From positions 1,860,001-1,924,000 of the forward strand of contig JBLDXI010000028.1 of NCBI GenBank assembly GCA_047495785.1: 64,000 nt of DNA, given 5' to 3'. Every line of letters starts with the position of its first letter. Within the stretch, counting starts at the first letter, position 1. The DNA comes from Lepidodermella squamata (Eukaryota > Animalia > Gastrotricha). The notes beneath the pieces are model-generated. The model was not told the origin of the DNA and searched no databases. It was given only the letters and a program-made list of their open reading frames with translations. This document shows positions 26,101 to 38,325 of the stretch, in pieces. The position numbers and the translations under genes are program-made.

Positions 26101-27654
26101 TATTTACTCGGCTATTGATAGCCTCGCGTGTTTTTCGGCGTGTTTAATCAATCCACCTTAATTTGCTCTTGTTTATCACTGCCGTGTATTTTTTTATGGC
26201 CCACGCGCTTTTCAGTTATCTGAAAAGTTTGTGGCCAATCACATTTTGAACCACCATCATAACGAGGCACCCCACGTGATCCAACGCCGGCACTCAAGCT
26301 CTTTGCTGGTTCTCAGCAGCAATAAGCGGCAGAGATATGTGCCAGAAGGGCAGTCGAGCTCGAGCAGTTTTGACGCAGGCCTTCTGCCACGTTCTGAAAA
26401 TAGCTCGTCCAATTCATTGCCCCCGTCAAAGGCAAGAAAAATAAATACACGCTGTTTACATTGATTAATACGTATAGGACGAGGCCGCTGAAGATAACAA
26501 CGATGATGATGACGTCTTTTGCTTACCCGACACAGGCTTTGTGAGCGCAAAAACACGCCAATTTACATAAATAACCTCCTATTTTTCATAGAATAGCCGC
26601 TGAAATTTTACGCTTGAAACGATCCACCTTAATGATAACCGCAATGCATTCTAAAAATACTTATCATTTACTTATACCGCTGTCTTTCTATTTAGATACT
26701 TGACTAAAACAAAGATTTTTCGTGTACAATTTATAATTAACGCGATTTTTATTTTCTCAGGCAAGTGCGACGGCGATTCAAAGCATAGAGGCGTCATTGT
26801 TGCGCCGCGCTGTCTCTGGCATGTTGTTTGAAGAAGAGCCGAACGAGGAGGATGAAGATGCAGTTACGAAGGCGGCTTTCATTCTCGGAGATAATGACGC
26901 GACGACGATTCCGGAAGATACGGTCGATATTACTCGAAGCGTACTCGAGAGGGTAGTACCCGGCTCACCGGCTCTGTCTGAATCCGGCTATCGGCGGAAA
27001 GTTGTCGAATACAGCCCATCAAATGGCAGAGCAGGTAAAATTTCTCCCAAATTTTGAAACAAATTTTTCCTAATTTTATTGCGCAAAATAGCCGAAGAAA
27101 GTGTGATTGATTGGTAGACAATTACCTGCAGACCCATTAATATAGTGTGTGAAAAATATTCATTTTTTCAGTCTTGGCTTCAAATTCTATCACATTCGAA
27201 TTTTTGAAAAAATGCTTGCTTTTTGGTTGCGGGTGTTTAGATATATTTAAAGCGCCTCTTTTGTCAAGACTCCTCACATGTTATCTTTTGATGCTCATCA
27301 CTCCGCCGTATTTTAGAGCCGGTTCCATGGTTAATATAAATCGCTCGCAAAATTTTGATTGTATCTGTAACATATGATTAAGGTGGATTTTTCCCAAATA
27401 TTTTTAGGTACAGTGTTTCGAGTCATAAAAGCCCCGTTATCACCAATATCGTCTGGCGTGTTTTCCAACAACAAGAACGGCCACAATAGAACAGCGTCTG
27501 AAAATTCAGATGGAACCGATTCCATGGAGCCGAACATTGTCAATCCTGAACAGGTAACGCAAGAAATTACAGCTTAGCTAGTTTATATCGGTGATGGGTT
27601 TATTCGATCATATAATTTCGCTTTTTTCACCAGAGACCACTTTTATCTGAGTGA
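20142..27654 (+). CDS. KIDINS220: Kinase D-interacting substrate of 220 kDa (ARMS), multi-exon; 3' exon structure uncertain
   Basis: N-terminal ankyrin repeats, then GYELYSSSLA and the KAP NTPase Walker A GLYARWGSGKS, four TM helices, Walker B region LVILDELD, WVNLTEQWPY and a SAM domain (LSVEEVC...ENNICG...MSFGDWQLF). Confidence 0.93.
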
Positions 27655-28476
27655 TGATTGATGATGATCTCCCGAGCACATACACTGCAAATTTCGGTAA
27701 ATGGTGGCACGTACACTCAGCTGATGAGAACGATCGATTCAAATCTGCCTTATATCTGCTTTTCTTAAATTTCAGACGCATTGCCTTTCAACTAGTTTCT
27801 AAATAATTCGTGGCAATGTTGTAACGGAAAAATCATTCGCCTGTTTTTTCTAGTATGGAATTCAATAAAATACGTAGAAGACGTTCCATTATGATTGAAC
27901 CTTACTACAATTTTATTTTGTGTACATCAATTTACTATGTACACTCTTAACCTCTGTATCAGTATAATTTTAGTCTACTACACTGATTGTTTTGTTTTCT
28001 CTTCTTGTCAATTTAATTTATTCTATTTTCTTCAATACCCGTAAAAAATTGTGCTGTATTTCCAATCACTCGCAGAATTTTCGTATTTTAATTTCTGTGG
28101 CTGAGATTATTAGCCTCATGACTTTGTGCGTGGTCAAGCGGAAAATTTCTTTTTGTGGGAAAAAATGGACACAGTTTTGTTGTTGAAATTGCGCTCAATG
28201 CATATGAATTCATAAATGCATTTTTCACTTTGGCCTTCGTTTATTTCTGTTATTCATATTGAACGCGTATTTACAGCTTGACCACCAATGTATGTGTTGT
28301 TGAAATTGTTGTCGCCTTGATACAATTGAAACCAATATTGTGAACAAAACTTTCGGGCAATTCACTGCGTAGCGCTGACATACTTTTCTAAATGTATACG
28401 ACCGATTTTTATGAAGCAGAACATAATAAATTGAAATGAATATATATTTTGTATATTTTTTGTTAGGGTTTTAATT

Positions 28477-29119
28477 ATGTCACAAGTCGTTTTGCGAATG
28501 ATCGGCAACATCTTTCGCAAAATTTTCGTCGCTTTCGTTTCATTATTTTGTTGTCGATGTCGGGGCCGTGTTTTACGCGTTTTGGGCCTCGACCGCTCAT
28601 CATCATCCAGTGATAAACCCCTCGAAGGCGTGTTTGTAGAGTCCAGCAGTTCCGGTTTTGGCCAATGGCAAGACTGGGAACCGGCCTTACCTGCTCCGAA
28701 AAATAAGATCCTAGCCGCGAAAGCTCAGCAAGCGAAACAACAGGAAGAAGCAGAACCAGAGCCGGATTATTTCGGCGAGTTGGATATGGCGCCTAAAGTC
28801 AGTAAAGCCCCGTTGATTGTGAAAAAATCTCGCGAAATTGTGCGGCCTGATGCGTCAAAACTTGCTCTCAAAGAAGATCTCTTTCCTCCTCTTGTGAGTT
28901 CTAAATTGAAATTGAAATTTCCATTAATTACTGAATATATAATTATAGACCTCAGAATTAGCCGATTGGGACGAACAAAATGGCGGAAATGCGACGGAAG
29001 GCTGGCAAACTATTGACGTTCTGCCTGGATCTACTCCAACCTCTGGCGCTCAATCCGGCCATCAAAGTCATCACCACCACAGTAAACACCCTGCTCGGTC
29101 GAAAGGCCGGCCTCGTTGA
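28477..29119 (+). CDS. EBAG9: EBAG9/RCAS1 homolog; exons 28477-28892, 28949-29119
   Basis: N-terminal hydrophobic/Cys segment, WQDWE, the signature EPEPDYFGELDMAP, and ELADWDE...GW in exon 2. Confidence 0.75.
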
Positions 29120-29506
29120 TGAATTTTTGATCTTCGAATAAAGACCACGACACATTGCCCTTTCATTGCTCGAAATTAAACAATGATTTATTTCTAAAAA
29201 ATGATTGTTTCAGTTTTTCTCGTCAACAAAACTTCGTGCATTATGTTGTGTATGGAAGATATTCCTCTCTTTTCGTGGTGATCGTTTTTGAAAAAGAAAA
29301 TTCTCTATATTTATCTGTATGCTATTTAGTGCTCATATTTGGAAAAGCTGTGACGAGCGTTTTCTCCTTGTATTTAGTGATGAACGTGCTTTTAACTGGG
29401 TTCAAAAACCTATTGAAAGATGATAGTCAATTTGAGACAAAAAGCAATTTTTTCGGTTTTTCAATTAATTTGTTATACCTATTGTAGAAATTTTAACTTA
29501 TTGAAA

Positions 29507-31263
29507 ATGTCGAAAAATCCGCCTAAAAAGTCTGGAGGCCATGAACTTTCGATGAAAGATTGGCTCATGAAAGGACTTACTGACTGCCTGCAATTTGAAC
29601 CACCTGTCGAAGTTGTCAAGTAAGTTTATTACTAATTTTCGGAAAAATTCAAAATCTCAAAATTTTCTATTAGTCATGTAATGATTGCCGAAACCGAAGA
29701 AGCTCTCGTTGATTTCCTTCAAAATCTTTTGGACATGAAACGAGACGTTTGCAAGCGATTTATCAACGATGTGGTTCGGCTGCGAAATTTACCTCGGGAA
29801 TCGAAGAACTCGGTAATCGCCGCCCCGGCCGCGCCCCTTCAAGTGCCACAGCAGCAACCAGCCCAGCAGAAAACATCGCCCAGTTCGAAGCATAAACACG
29901 CGAATGCTCAAGCTATTTCGCTGAAAGACGCGGCTCAACTTGACCGGATGGTTTTACCCGGCCGCCGGCAGTGCCAGTGCCTAGCTAGCCGGCATGGCCT
30001 AGTCGGGAATTGCGTGAAATGTGGGCGAATTATTTGCCTGCAAGAAGGCCCTGGTCCTTGTTTATTCTGCGGTAATCCGGTCGGGGATGTTGGTAAATCT
30101 GCAGCTACCTTGAAAGACGTTATGGGGCCTCAACAGGGTGACAACGTTGACTCAAGTTTAGCCGCTGCCCTTGAACACCGTGATAAATTGCTTGAATATG
30201 AGCGAACAAGTGCGCAGCGTACGAAGATCTACGACGACCAAAGCGACTTTTTCGCGACTGGTTCGGCCTGGTTGAACGAGAAGGAGCGAAAAGCGTTGAT
30301 TGATAAACAGGCTAAGCTATACGACCAACGATTCGGACCTCGACGGCATAAAACTGTTGCGTTGGATTTTGCCGGTCGCCAAATTGTCGAGGTTGCTCAA
30401 AAGGAGTTGACGTTTGATGATGAAGAGGAGGCGAGTGGTAACTCGAGTAGTAACCGACCGCCTGGATTTGCCGGCCGCGAGCAGCTCGAAAACGACCCTA
30501 GCTACCTGAGAAATCCGTTGACTTCAGCAGATTCCGAATACCCAACGCCCAAGTACATGTCTAGCGACTCGAAAAATCAGAAAAATGACGATGATAAGAA
30601 CTCGGTTGTCGATTTGACGGTTCGACCTGGTCGTCTGCAGGATAACCAGTTGATGGAAATGACAGATCGGGGTGTTTGTTTATCCGTCCAGCAACCTTAT
30701 GCTTCGTTGATTGTTCTGGGAATAAAGCTATTTGAAGGCCGTTCTTGGGCAACTTCTCATCGAGGTCGGCTTTGGATTGTTTCTTCGTCGAAACCATGCA
30801 CACAAGAGCAAATCTCTTCGGTTGAAAAATTTTACAAAGCGCTTTATCAAGGTATAATTTACTTCATAATACAAAAAGATTTTTTGGAAAATTACCTTTA
30901 ATTTCCGATCGGATTTTGAATATTTTATTGATTTTAATAAATTTTTTCCAATTTTTTCAGACGATAAGATTCCGTTTCCAAAAGCCTACCCAAATGGGTG
31001 TCTACTGGGTTGTGTTGATGTGGTTGATTGCTTGCCTCAAGATCAATATCGAGAACGATTCCCAGATGGCGAATGTGAGGATTTATTTGTCTGGATTTTA
31101 TCGAATCCGAAACTTCTGTCGATCCAATTCCCTGTCACGGGTCAAAAGCCTAACTTATGCAAGTTTTTTCTGGATTCATCTATTTTTTAATATTTTTCAA
31201 ATTTTAGATCGCTTATCTGCGCACGTTCATCGAGCTGCTTCTCGTGCTCTAATTCCATGTTAA
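29507..31263 (+). CDS. TRIP4: Activating signal cointegrator 1 (zf-C2HC5 + ASCH), 4 exons
   Basis: GRRQCQCLASRHGLVGNCVKCGRIICLQEGPGPCLFCG zinc finger, RTKIYDDQSDF, and ASCH motif LSVQQPYASLIVLGIKLFEGRSW..HRGRLW. Confidence 0.95.
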
Positions 31264-31396
31264 AATCCGGTCTATAAACGCTGCAATTTTTTGAGCTTAT
31301 ATTTTGATCTTCTATTTGATGAAAAGATATCCAAGTTCGAAGGCTCAAAATGTTGAATGTTCATTGATTTTTATAGAGTTTAAATACTGAGCTGAA

Positions 31397-33177
31397 ATGG
31401 GAGCTGTTCCGAGTAAAGTTGGCTCTGCTGCTGGAGCAGACAAAATGGGCTATGATAATCTGCCCATGAGGGCTCAATCCTCCCTCAGTGTGCTCAATAA
31501 CTCTGGCCAAGATTTTACCCATCTATGGCGACCGCATCATCATTTCCGAAAATTGTACCGAAAACACAGCCAAAGTAGTCAGATGTACGGATCCCAAGGC
31601 GCTTTACACCACCACCAAAGCAATTATGACCTGAATAACGAACACTGCCGGCGGTGTGACGCATTATGCCAGTTAGCTGTTGATAAAGACATCATTATCG
31701 GGTCTCTGGAATCTATGGTAGCCGAAATGAGGATCAAACTATCGGCCTATGATGGGCAGCTGCGAGAGCTGAGGTCGAGAACTAGCAGTAAACGGCAATC
31801 TTTGGCGATAAAACTCTTCGAAGCTCGTGAGAGAATTTGCTTTCTCGAGGAACTTTGCTCGTCTAACAGTGAGTCATCTATTTCAGTTGGGATTTGGAAA
31901 GACGAGGTCCTCGCAATATATTTTATTTTTGAATTTTGAATTTTATGAACGAATTTCTTGAGAAAGCTGAAAAATGAGAAACTTTTCTCAGCATTTGCTT
32001 AGAAATTTGATTAAGGTAGCTTTTTCAAATTTTTATAACTTTGAAATTTAAAATTAAAAGGGTGTTGCTATTGGCACATAATTATGTGCCTCTTATTGGC
32101 TATTGGCACATACATTATGTGCCCCTTAATGGCTATTGGCACATAACGCTAATTTCAATTTTCGATGTTTTAGAAAGTCAAGCATCGAAATGTTCCACGA
32201 GTATTGATATTAGGGTTTTCGTCAACGGGGAATCGAATGGCGATATCGAAATTGCAGTCATGGGCCCGCAAATCGGGGTATCCGTCATCCAATGGGTAGC
32301 CCAAGTAGAGTATCTGAAGTCTATCGCATAGTTACGTGAAATCCGACGATTCCAGTGAATTCGCCGCCCCTAGATTGCTAATGCAAGGTTGAAATGCTGG
32401 TATCTGGGAATTAAACTCCCGAAAAACGCAGTTAAATGAAAAATGTTATGTGCCAATAGCCATTAAGGGGCACATAATGTATGTGCCAATAGCCAATAAG
32501 AGGCACATAATTATGTGCCAATAGCCACACCGAAATTAAAATAAAATAATTTGTAATTAACCTGTTTATATTTTTTTAACTTTCCCACGCAATTTTGTGA
32601 TGGAAGTTTTTAAAAATTGACGGAATTGATTTGTCACCGGGTTATTTGTGGAGAATCGGTTTAGCTTACCTATAAAATTCTTTATATTGCGTCTAATTTC
32701 TTAGAAATCTCTACCGAATCCGTACCCTACCGCTCTGCCAAAGCGGGTGCTAGCAACTCGAGTTTCGGCTCTGAGAACGAATCCGACTATGACAACGATG
32801 AAGAAGACGGCTTGAAGCGGCAAATCACTCCTCGCCACCCGCATCAGTCCCACACAAATCGCCCGTCAACTGCCGGGTCGTCGACGAATAACAATCGTGG
32901 GCGAGTGGCACAACGGTCTTCGAGCGTGGTTCAGTACCGCCGTCGACCATCAACCGGGATAAACACGGTCAACGTTCAAAACAATACGAACAATCAGTTA
33001 TCTTGCAACAATAATGCGCTGTTGTCCAGCAGTCAAACTTGGGCACTGGCTAGTTCAGAATGCTCGGATTCAATTTCGGTCCGTAATTCGAATAATTCTG
33101 ACCAGCGTAGTCGCTACGAACCGCGAAGGTCCGCGACAATTTCTGCCGGTACTTTTGCCAATAACCGGAATGGCTAG
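31397..33177 (+). CDS. Uncharacterised protein with a predicted N-myristoylation start and coiled coil; exons 31397-31868 and 32705-33177
   Basis: Starts MGAVPSK. A heptad-rich segment (IIGSLESMVAEMRIKLSAYDGQLRELRSR) precedes a phase-1 GTGAGT donor at 31869, which joins in frame to an acceptor at 32704 and a Ser/Arg/Asn-rich exon. Confidence 0.65.
32060..32532. mobile_element. Non-autonomous DNA transposon (MITE, Mutator/Foldback-like), 473 bp, intronic
   Basis: Near-perfect ~87 bp TIRs built of GGCTATTGGCACATA subrepeats, flanked by the 9-bp direct repeat AAATTAAAA (32051-32059 and 32533-32541). Confidence 0.9.
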
Positions 33178-34627
33178 ACGCCGAGTTTGAAAATCAGGGG
33201 AAAATTCGGACTGATGACTATTTCTTCCACAAAACTTCATATTTTTGCACCGCTGTTGCTCACTTTCATTTCAAAGCTGTGATATATCAGATTTTAATGA
33301 TATGAACTATATTGTGTTTCGACATACTGCTGCTCATGAGAAAGATCTCAATAAATACTTTATTACTGCTGAATTCATATGTCAATTTAATTTAATTTTT
33401 CAGATTTGTATAAACCTGATTGCTCGCGAAAGAAGAATTCGTTCAAAAGCTGTTTCGAATTATTTTCTCAAAATGTTAACCATTAATCAAGGTTTAAGAA
33501 GATGCTGTTGCCCGAGCAAATGCCGATGCTGTTTATCGATCTCTCTCGGACTTGAAGCCGGGATTTATTCCTGAAGATTTCGTACTGGTCAGTTTAGAAC
33601 CGTTTTAACTGCTTGAAACCAAGGGCAGAAGATGAATTACCGGGAAAATAAAACGCCAAATATTAGGTAAAAAGTTATTTTTAGCTTTGACCTTGGTTTT
33701 AAAGTTGTGGCGAAGGGCCAAGATCAATTTGACAGCTCTAATTTACTTACTTTTTGCAACTGCAGGCCAATAGTCAATAAAGTCCAGTTCCGAATAATAG
33801 CGAAACAAGGAAATCAGGTTAATCAAAAGACTTTATGCTTCGGTTCCTATTAACCGACTTTAAATGAGCAAATTTGTTCAGGATCGTCGCAGAAAATAGC
33901 ATCGCATATCAAGCCGATAGATGTAATATCTATAGTGAGAGAATTGATTTATCCCTCGGTATCTCATGTTACTGGGTTTACATAAAAGCATGGTTATTTG
34001 ATGACCTATAATTGATATATTTTGGGAAATGACATGCAAGTTCGCTACGCGATGTTTGCTAATATCTTTCTATCGTGTGCTTAATTGATTGCTACCGCTG
34101 CGCACTGATGCGAGAAAATTAGCACGTTGGAAAATGCTACATGTGAAAGTCCTGGTCATATCGTCGAAAATCACACATTTTAGACCATCTTTTATTTGAA
34201 GAAATCCAAATTGTCATTTTTATAATTTTCATTCGTCCTTTTCAAACATTTGAAATGGTTATTTACCTTTTCCATATTGTTAACGAAACATATGGAGTAC
34301 TCGCCATTTTATTTTCTATTATAGTAGCGATATAATAATAGTTTTATTTAGCCTTTTCTTGACTGACGTCATTTACCGTTTCCGGTTTTGAAGAGGGCGA
34401 AGGCAGTAAAAATAATTCCTTACCCACCCCGTAGTTGAAGGTCCTGCTTTTTCCATTTTATATTTTATTTTCTAAAGTGAGGCGTTCTCATACCTCCCGG
34501 AATCGTACATTGTTTGTACATTGTATTGTTCCGAAATGATCAATAATTCTCACTGATCAGCTGAAACCTGAAGCCTTACGAATCTTGAAACGAACTTATT
34601 TCATGATATAGGGCAACAAGCTGGAGA

Positions 34628-35794
34628 ATGCAAAATTTAGTGTATGCGGTTATTTTTGCCCTGATCGGAATTTCTGAAGGGCAGTTGTCTGATTTTGGAC
34701 CACCAGATCGCCTCGCCGAGTTGCTAACTAACTGCAGCCATGTTTCAATGCAATCCTATGTTCCTAACTGTCGAGACAGCCTTTTCGACTTCGGAATCGG
34801 CTGGCCGCGGTGCAATTTAACCAATATAACAGCGATCATAAATATCGAAAATTTCTACGATATCAATGAAGTTCAAGAAACTTGGACAGCTACCGGGTCA
34901 GTTCGACTCAACTGGGAGGTACCTTGCTACCGTTATTCATGGCCTGGTCCTCAAATGGTATTTTACATCGATGAAAACCAGGTTTGGAAACCGAAAGTTA
35001 ACCACAAAAATACGGTGACTAACTACGGAATGATCGACGGATTTTCCAGTAGAATGTACTGTAAAATGACGAAAAATAACACGCTGCAGTTTGTATGGCA
35101 GCGATATGGCATTCTATCCTCCTCATGTTCAATGGATTTACAACATTTCCCATTCGACCGGCAAAAGTGCTCGATAGTTCTGATGTTGCAAGAGGCATAT
35201 AACGGCGCGAGATTTGTTCAGAGCATTTTAAGGCTTCAGCCTGATTTTTTGAGGCCCGGGCAAGGCTGGTCATTTTTGAACTCTAGTTCTTATCAATCAA
35301 TCATGGATATGGAGGGCAATCGAAGTGTAGCCGTTTTTACCCTTGAATTTCTGCGACAGCCTGATTATTTCATCTATAATTTGATGGCTCCGACTGTGCT
35401 ATTAACTTCTTTAGAGCTGTTCGCGTTGGCCATGGACCCGGATTTTCCGGACCGACCAGCTTTTACCATGACTATACTCCTCGCTTTGACGTTCCTCCAG
35501 TCTCAGATTTCCAGTGATGTTCCAAAGAAACCGACTCGAATTTTCCTAAGCAATTATTGCGACATTTGCGCCATCATTTCCTGGTCGAGTACGATCTATG
35601 CGTTATTCTTGTGCGGCTTGTCAAATGATGTGAAGTTATTACAAGGAAAGGTGAAGCTTAGATGGTTGTCGACTAAAGGCAAAGTGTGGAAAATCAAGGT
35701 GGTACGAATTGTTGACATTGTGGCTGCAATACTAACTTTGTTTAGCCTTATTGGAGTGAATATTTATGCATTTTCGGTAGCATCAAGCAGCTGA
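34628..35794 (+). CDS. Divergent Cys-loop ligand-gated ion channel subunit 1 (intronless)
   Basis: Signal peptide, VWKP motif, Cys-loop CSMDLQHFPFDRQKC, pre-M1 LRQPDYF and four TM helices. Confidence 0.92.
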   Translation: MQNLVYAVIFALIGISEGQLSDFGPPDRLAELLTNCSHVSMQSYVPNCRDSLFDFGIGWPRCNLTNITAIINIENFYDINEVQETWTATGSVRLNWEVPCYRYSWPGPQMVFYIDENQVWKPKVNHKNTVTNYGMIDGFSSRMYCKMTKNNTLQFVWQRYGILSSSCSMDLQHFPFDRQKCSIVLMLQEAYNGARFVQSILRLQPDFLRPGQGWSFLNSSSYQSIMDMEGNRSVAVFTLEFLRQPDYFIYNLMAPTVLLTSLELFALAMDPDFPDRPAFTMTILLALTFLQSQISSDVPKKPTRIFLSNYCDICAIISWSSTIYALFLCGLSNDVKLLQGKVKLRWLSTKGKVWKIKVVRIVDIVAAILTLFSLIGVNIYAFSVASSS

Positions 35795-36646
35795 AGCGAA
35801 CTAAACGTTTTGTGAAAATGGATCGAAATGGCCCGGTTTCTTCGAAGTCATCGTGATAAGTCATTCCCATTGATTATATTGTCAAATTTTCTTTTATTTA
35901 TTCGTAACCATTCTCGAGAAACTATTGGTTAAATAAATAAATGAGTTACGACGTTGAATAGCTGAAGTATTTAGATTCTATTGATAGTAATTGGGTCCAG
36001 GAATGCCGAGGTCTATTTGGAAAGAGATAAATTAAATATCCTCTATGGTATGAAAACTGAGACTTATCGCCGAGTTGACTTTTATTTTCGGTTACGCATG
36101 GCCCATTGAAGTCATGGAAGTCCATTGAAAAAAAGCAAAAATTAGGGAGTTGAAATAATTTTATCTTATTTTATACACCGTAAACCGTCCACTTATCCCT
36201 CTATAACTCAGTTTTGATGATGATTCAACGCCATCCCAGGATACTTGATTGCTTTCGGGTGAAGAATAGAAAACTGGATGAAAATTGTTTCTTGGTAGCC
36301 CCAAGCGAAAAATCTGCGTTCATCAATTTTTTTGCCACCTCCGGCAGGTGTTGTTGTGACATAAGGTTTCACCCTCAATATATTCTGAATTTCCCGTAAA
36401 TCGATTGTGCCCTGTAACCGTTCTGATTGATTAAATAAATTTTTATTGGTTGGGCTTGGATCTGTTTACCGATCCATATCTATTAATATTTAACGCAAAA
36501 TTTACACCGGATAACAAGAAAGTTGTTTGATGAATTGTTTAATGTTTAATTATGGTCATTAACATGACATCGCATTACCATCAAATCCTACGACTAAAAA
36601 TTAATGAAGATTACCATATTTGATTGCTATTATAACCTAAGAACTT

Positions 36647-37816
36647 ATGGCATCGCCCGCCACGCATACCTTTCTGTTCATATTATTTCGATTATCATCG
36701 AGCCAGTTGTTTGAGATTGGCCCTCCAAATCGGCTAAATGAACTCCTGACCAACTGCAGCCATGTTGCGACTCAGTCTTACGTGCCTAACTGCTTTGACT
36801 GCGATTTTGACTTCGGAATCGGTTGGCCGAGGTGCAATCTAACAAACATAACATCTGTTCTAATAATCGAAAATTTCTACGGAATCGACGAGGTTCATGA
36901 AACATGGACTGTCACTGGGTCTCTCCGTCTCAGCTGGGAAGCTCCTTGTCCGAATTTCTTTTGGCCCGGGTTGCAAATGATTTTTTACGTCGACGAAAAT
37001 CAGGTGTGGAAGCCGCGAGTGAACCACAAAAATACGGCGAATAATTACGGAATGATCGAAGGCTTTTCGAGCAGGATGTACTGTGACATGGTTAAAAATC
37101 ACACATTACTATTTGTCTGGCAACGATACGGTATTTTCTCTTCGTCATGCTCGATGGATCTCGACGATTTCCCGTTTGACAAGCAGCAATGTTCGATCAT
37201 TCTCATGCTGCAAGAGGCGTATAATGGTGCGCGATTTCTTCAGCCCACCCTGAAATTCCAGCCAGATTTTATCAGACCGGGACAAGGCTGGACTGTACTG
37301 AATTCCACCGTTCGTCGGTCTATTATGGACATGCAGGGCAATCGAAGCGTCGCAATTTTCACGTTATTTTTCAGAAGGCAACCGGAATACTTCATCTACA
37401 ACTTGATGGCGCCTACTTTGCTACTGACTTCTCTGGAATTATTTTCATTTGCAATGAACGCGGAATTTCCGGACCGGCCAGCTTTTACAATGACAATTCT
37501 TCTTGCACTAACTTTTCTACAAGCGCAAATTTCGAGTGAAGTGCCTAAAAAACCGACTCGAATTCTTCTGAGCAATTATTGCGATATTTGTGTGATTATC
37601 TCTTGGGCTTGTACTATCTACGCCTTGTTAACATGCGGCTTTGCGAATGATTTTAAATGGTTCTTGGGGAAGTTTGAATTTCGGTTCATTTCATGGAAAG
37701 GAAAACCTTTCAGAATTAAACACTGTTCAGTGATCGATTTTGTTGCCGCTTTGCTTGTGTTAGCTAGTCTAATTGGTGTTAATGTGTACGCATTTTCGGT
37801 AGCATCTACAAGCTAG
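36647..37816 (+). CDS. Divergent Cys-loop ligand-gated ion channel subunit 2 (intronless, close paralog of subunit 1)
   Basis: Cys-loop CSMDLDDFPFDKQQC and four TM helices; colinear and highly similar to 34628-35794. Confidence 0.92.
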   Translation: MASPATHTFLFILFRLSSSQLFEIGPPNRLNELLTNCSHVATQSYVPNCFDCDFDFGIGWPRCNLTNITSVLIIENFYGIDEVHETWTVTGSLRLSWEAPCPNFFWPGLQMIFYVDENQVWKPRVNHKNTANNYGMIEGFSSRMYCDMVKNHTLLFVWQRYGIFSSSCSMDLDDFPFDKQQCSIILMLQEAYNGARFLQPTLKFQPDFIRPGQGWTVLNSTVRRSIMDMQGNRSVAIFTLFFRRQPEYFIYNLMAPTLLLTSLELFSFAMNAEFPDRPAFTMTILLALTFLQAQISSEVPKKPTRILLSNYCDICVIISWACTIYALLTCGFANDFKWFLGKFEFRFISWKGKPFRIKHCSVIDFVAALLVLASLIGVNVYAFSVASTS

Positions 37817-38325
37817 TTACTCGGTGATTAGTTGATTAAACTTGATTTACGTTCGAAATAAAGATTTTTGATTTGACTGCTTCGATAATTCCTCTACCTC
37901 GCGTTTATCTATTTTTCTAAATTTCAGATATTTCACTGGTTCGGTCCACTTGCACTATTAGGATTCGTTTTGATGAAAAGCGATGAAAGCTCCTTGGAAT
38001 TTGTAGAACTCAATATTCTGTACTCGAGCCACTAGTTAAGGCCTGCGTGGAACAGCCCAAGACTATTCTGAGGTTAAACACAAGTTATGCATGTGTCCCT
38101 CGTTCCAGTTTGTTTTCTTCTGGTAACAATAGTGCAATGGTTAACCGCTATAAGCATTTTCTGGTTTTTGATGTCTGGGTAAATACGCCTCTTGACACGA
38201 CAGAACACGACAAAGGACCTGTCTGTAAGCGCACATAATAGATACGTTTTTTGCGCAGATGCGTAAGCACATCTAGATGCTAAAAGCTGCGGTTCCATTA
38301 ACAAGTCTTTCATATTCGTCAGAAG

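Noticed and set aside
32061-32150. Regularly spaced GGCTATTGGCACATA repeats resembling a CRISPR array
   Set aside because: They are sub-repeats of MITE TIRs in a eukaryotic intron, with no unique spacers and no cas genes.
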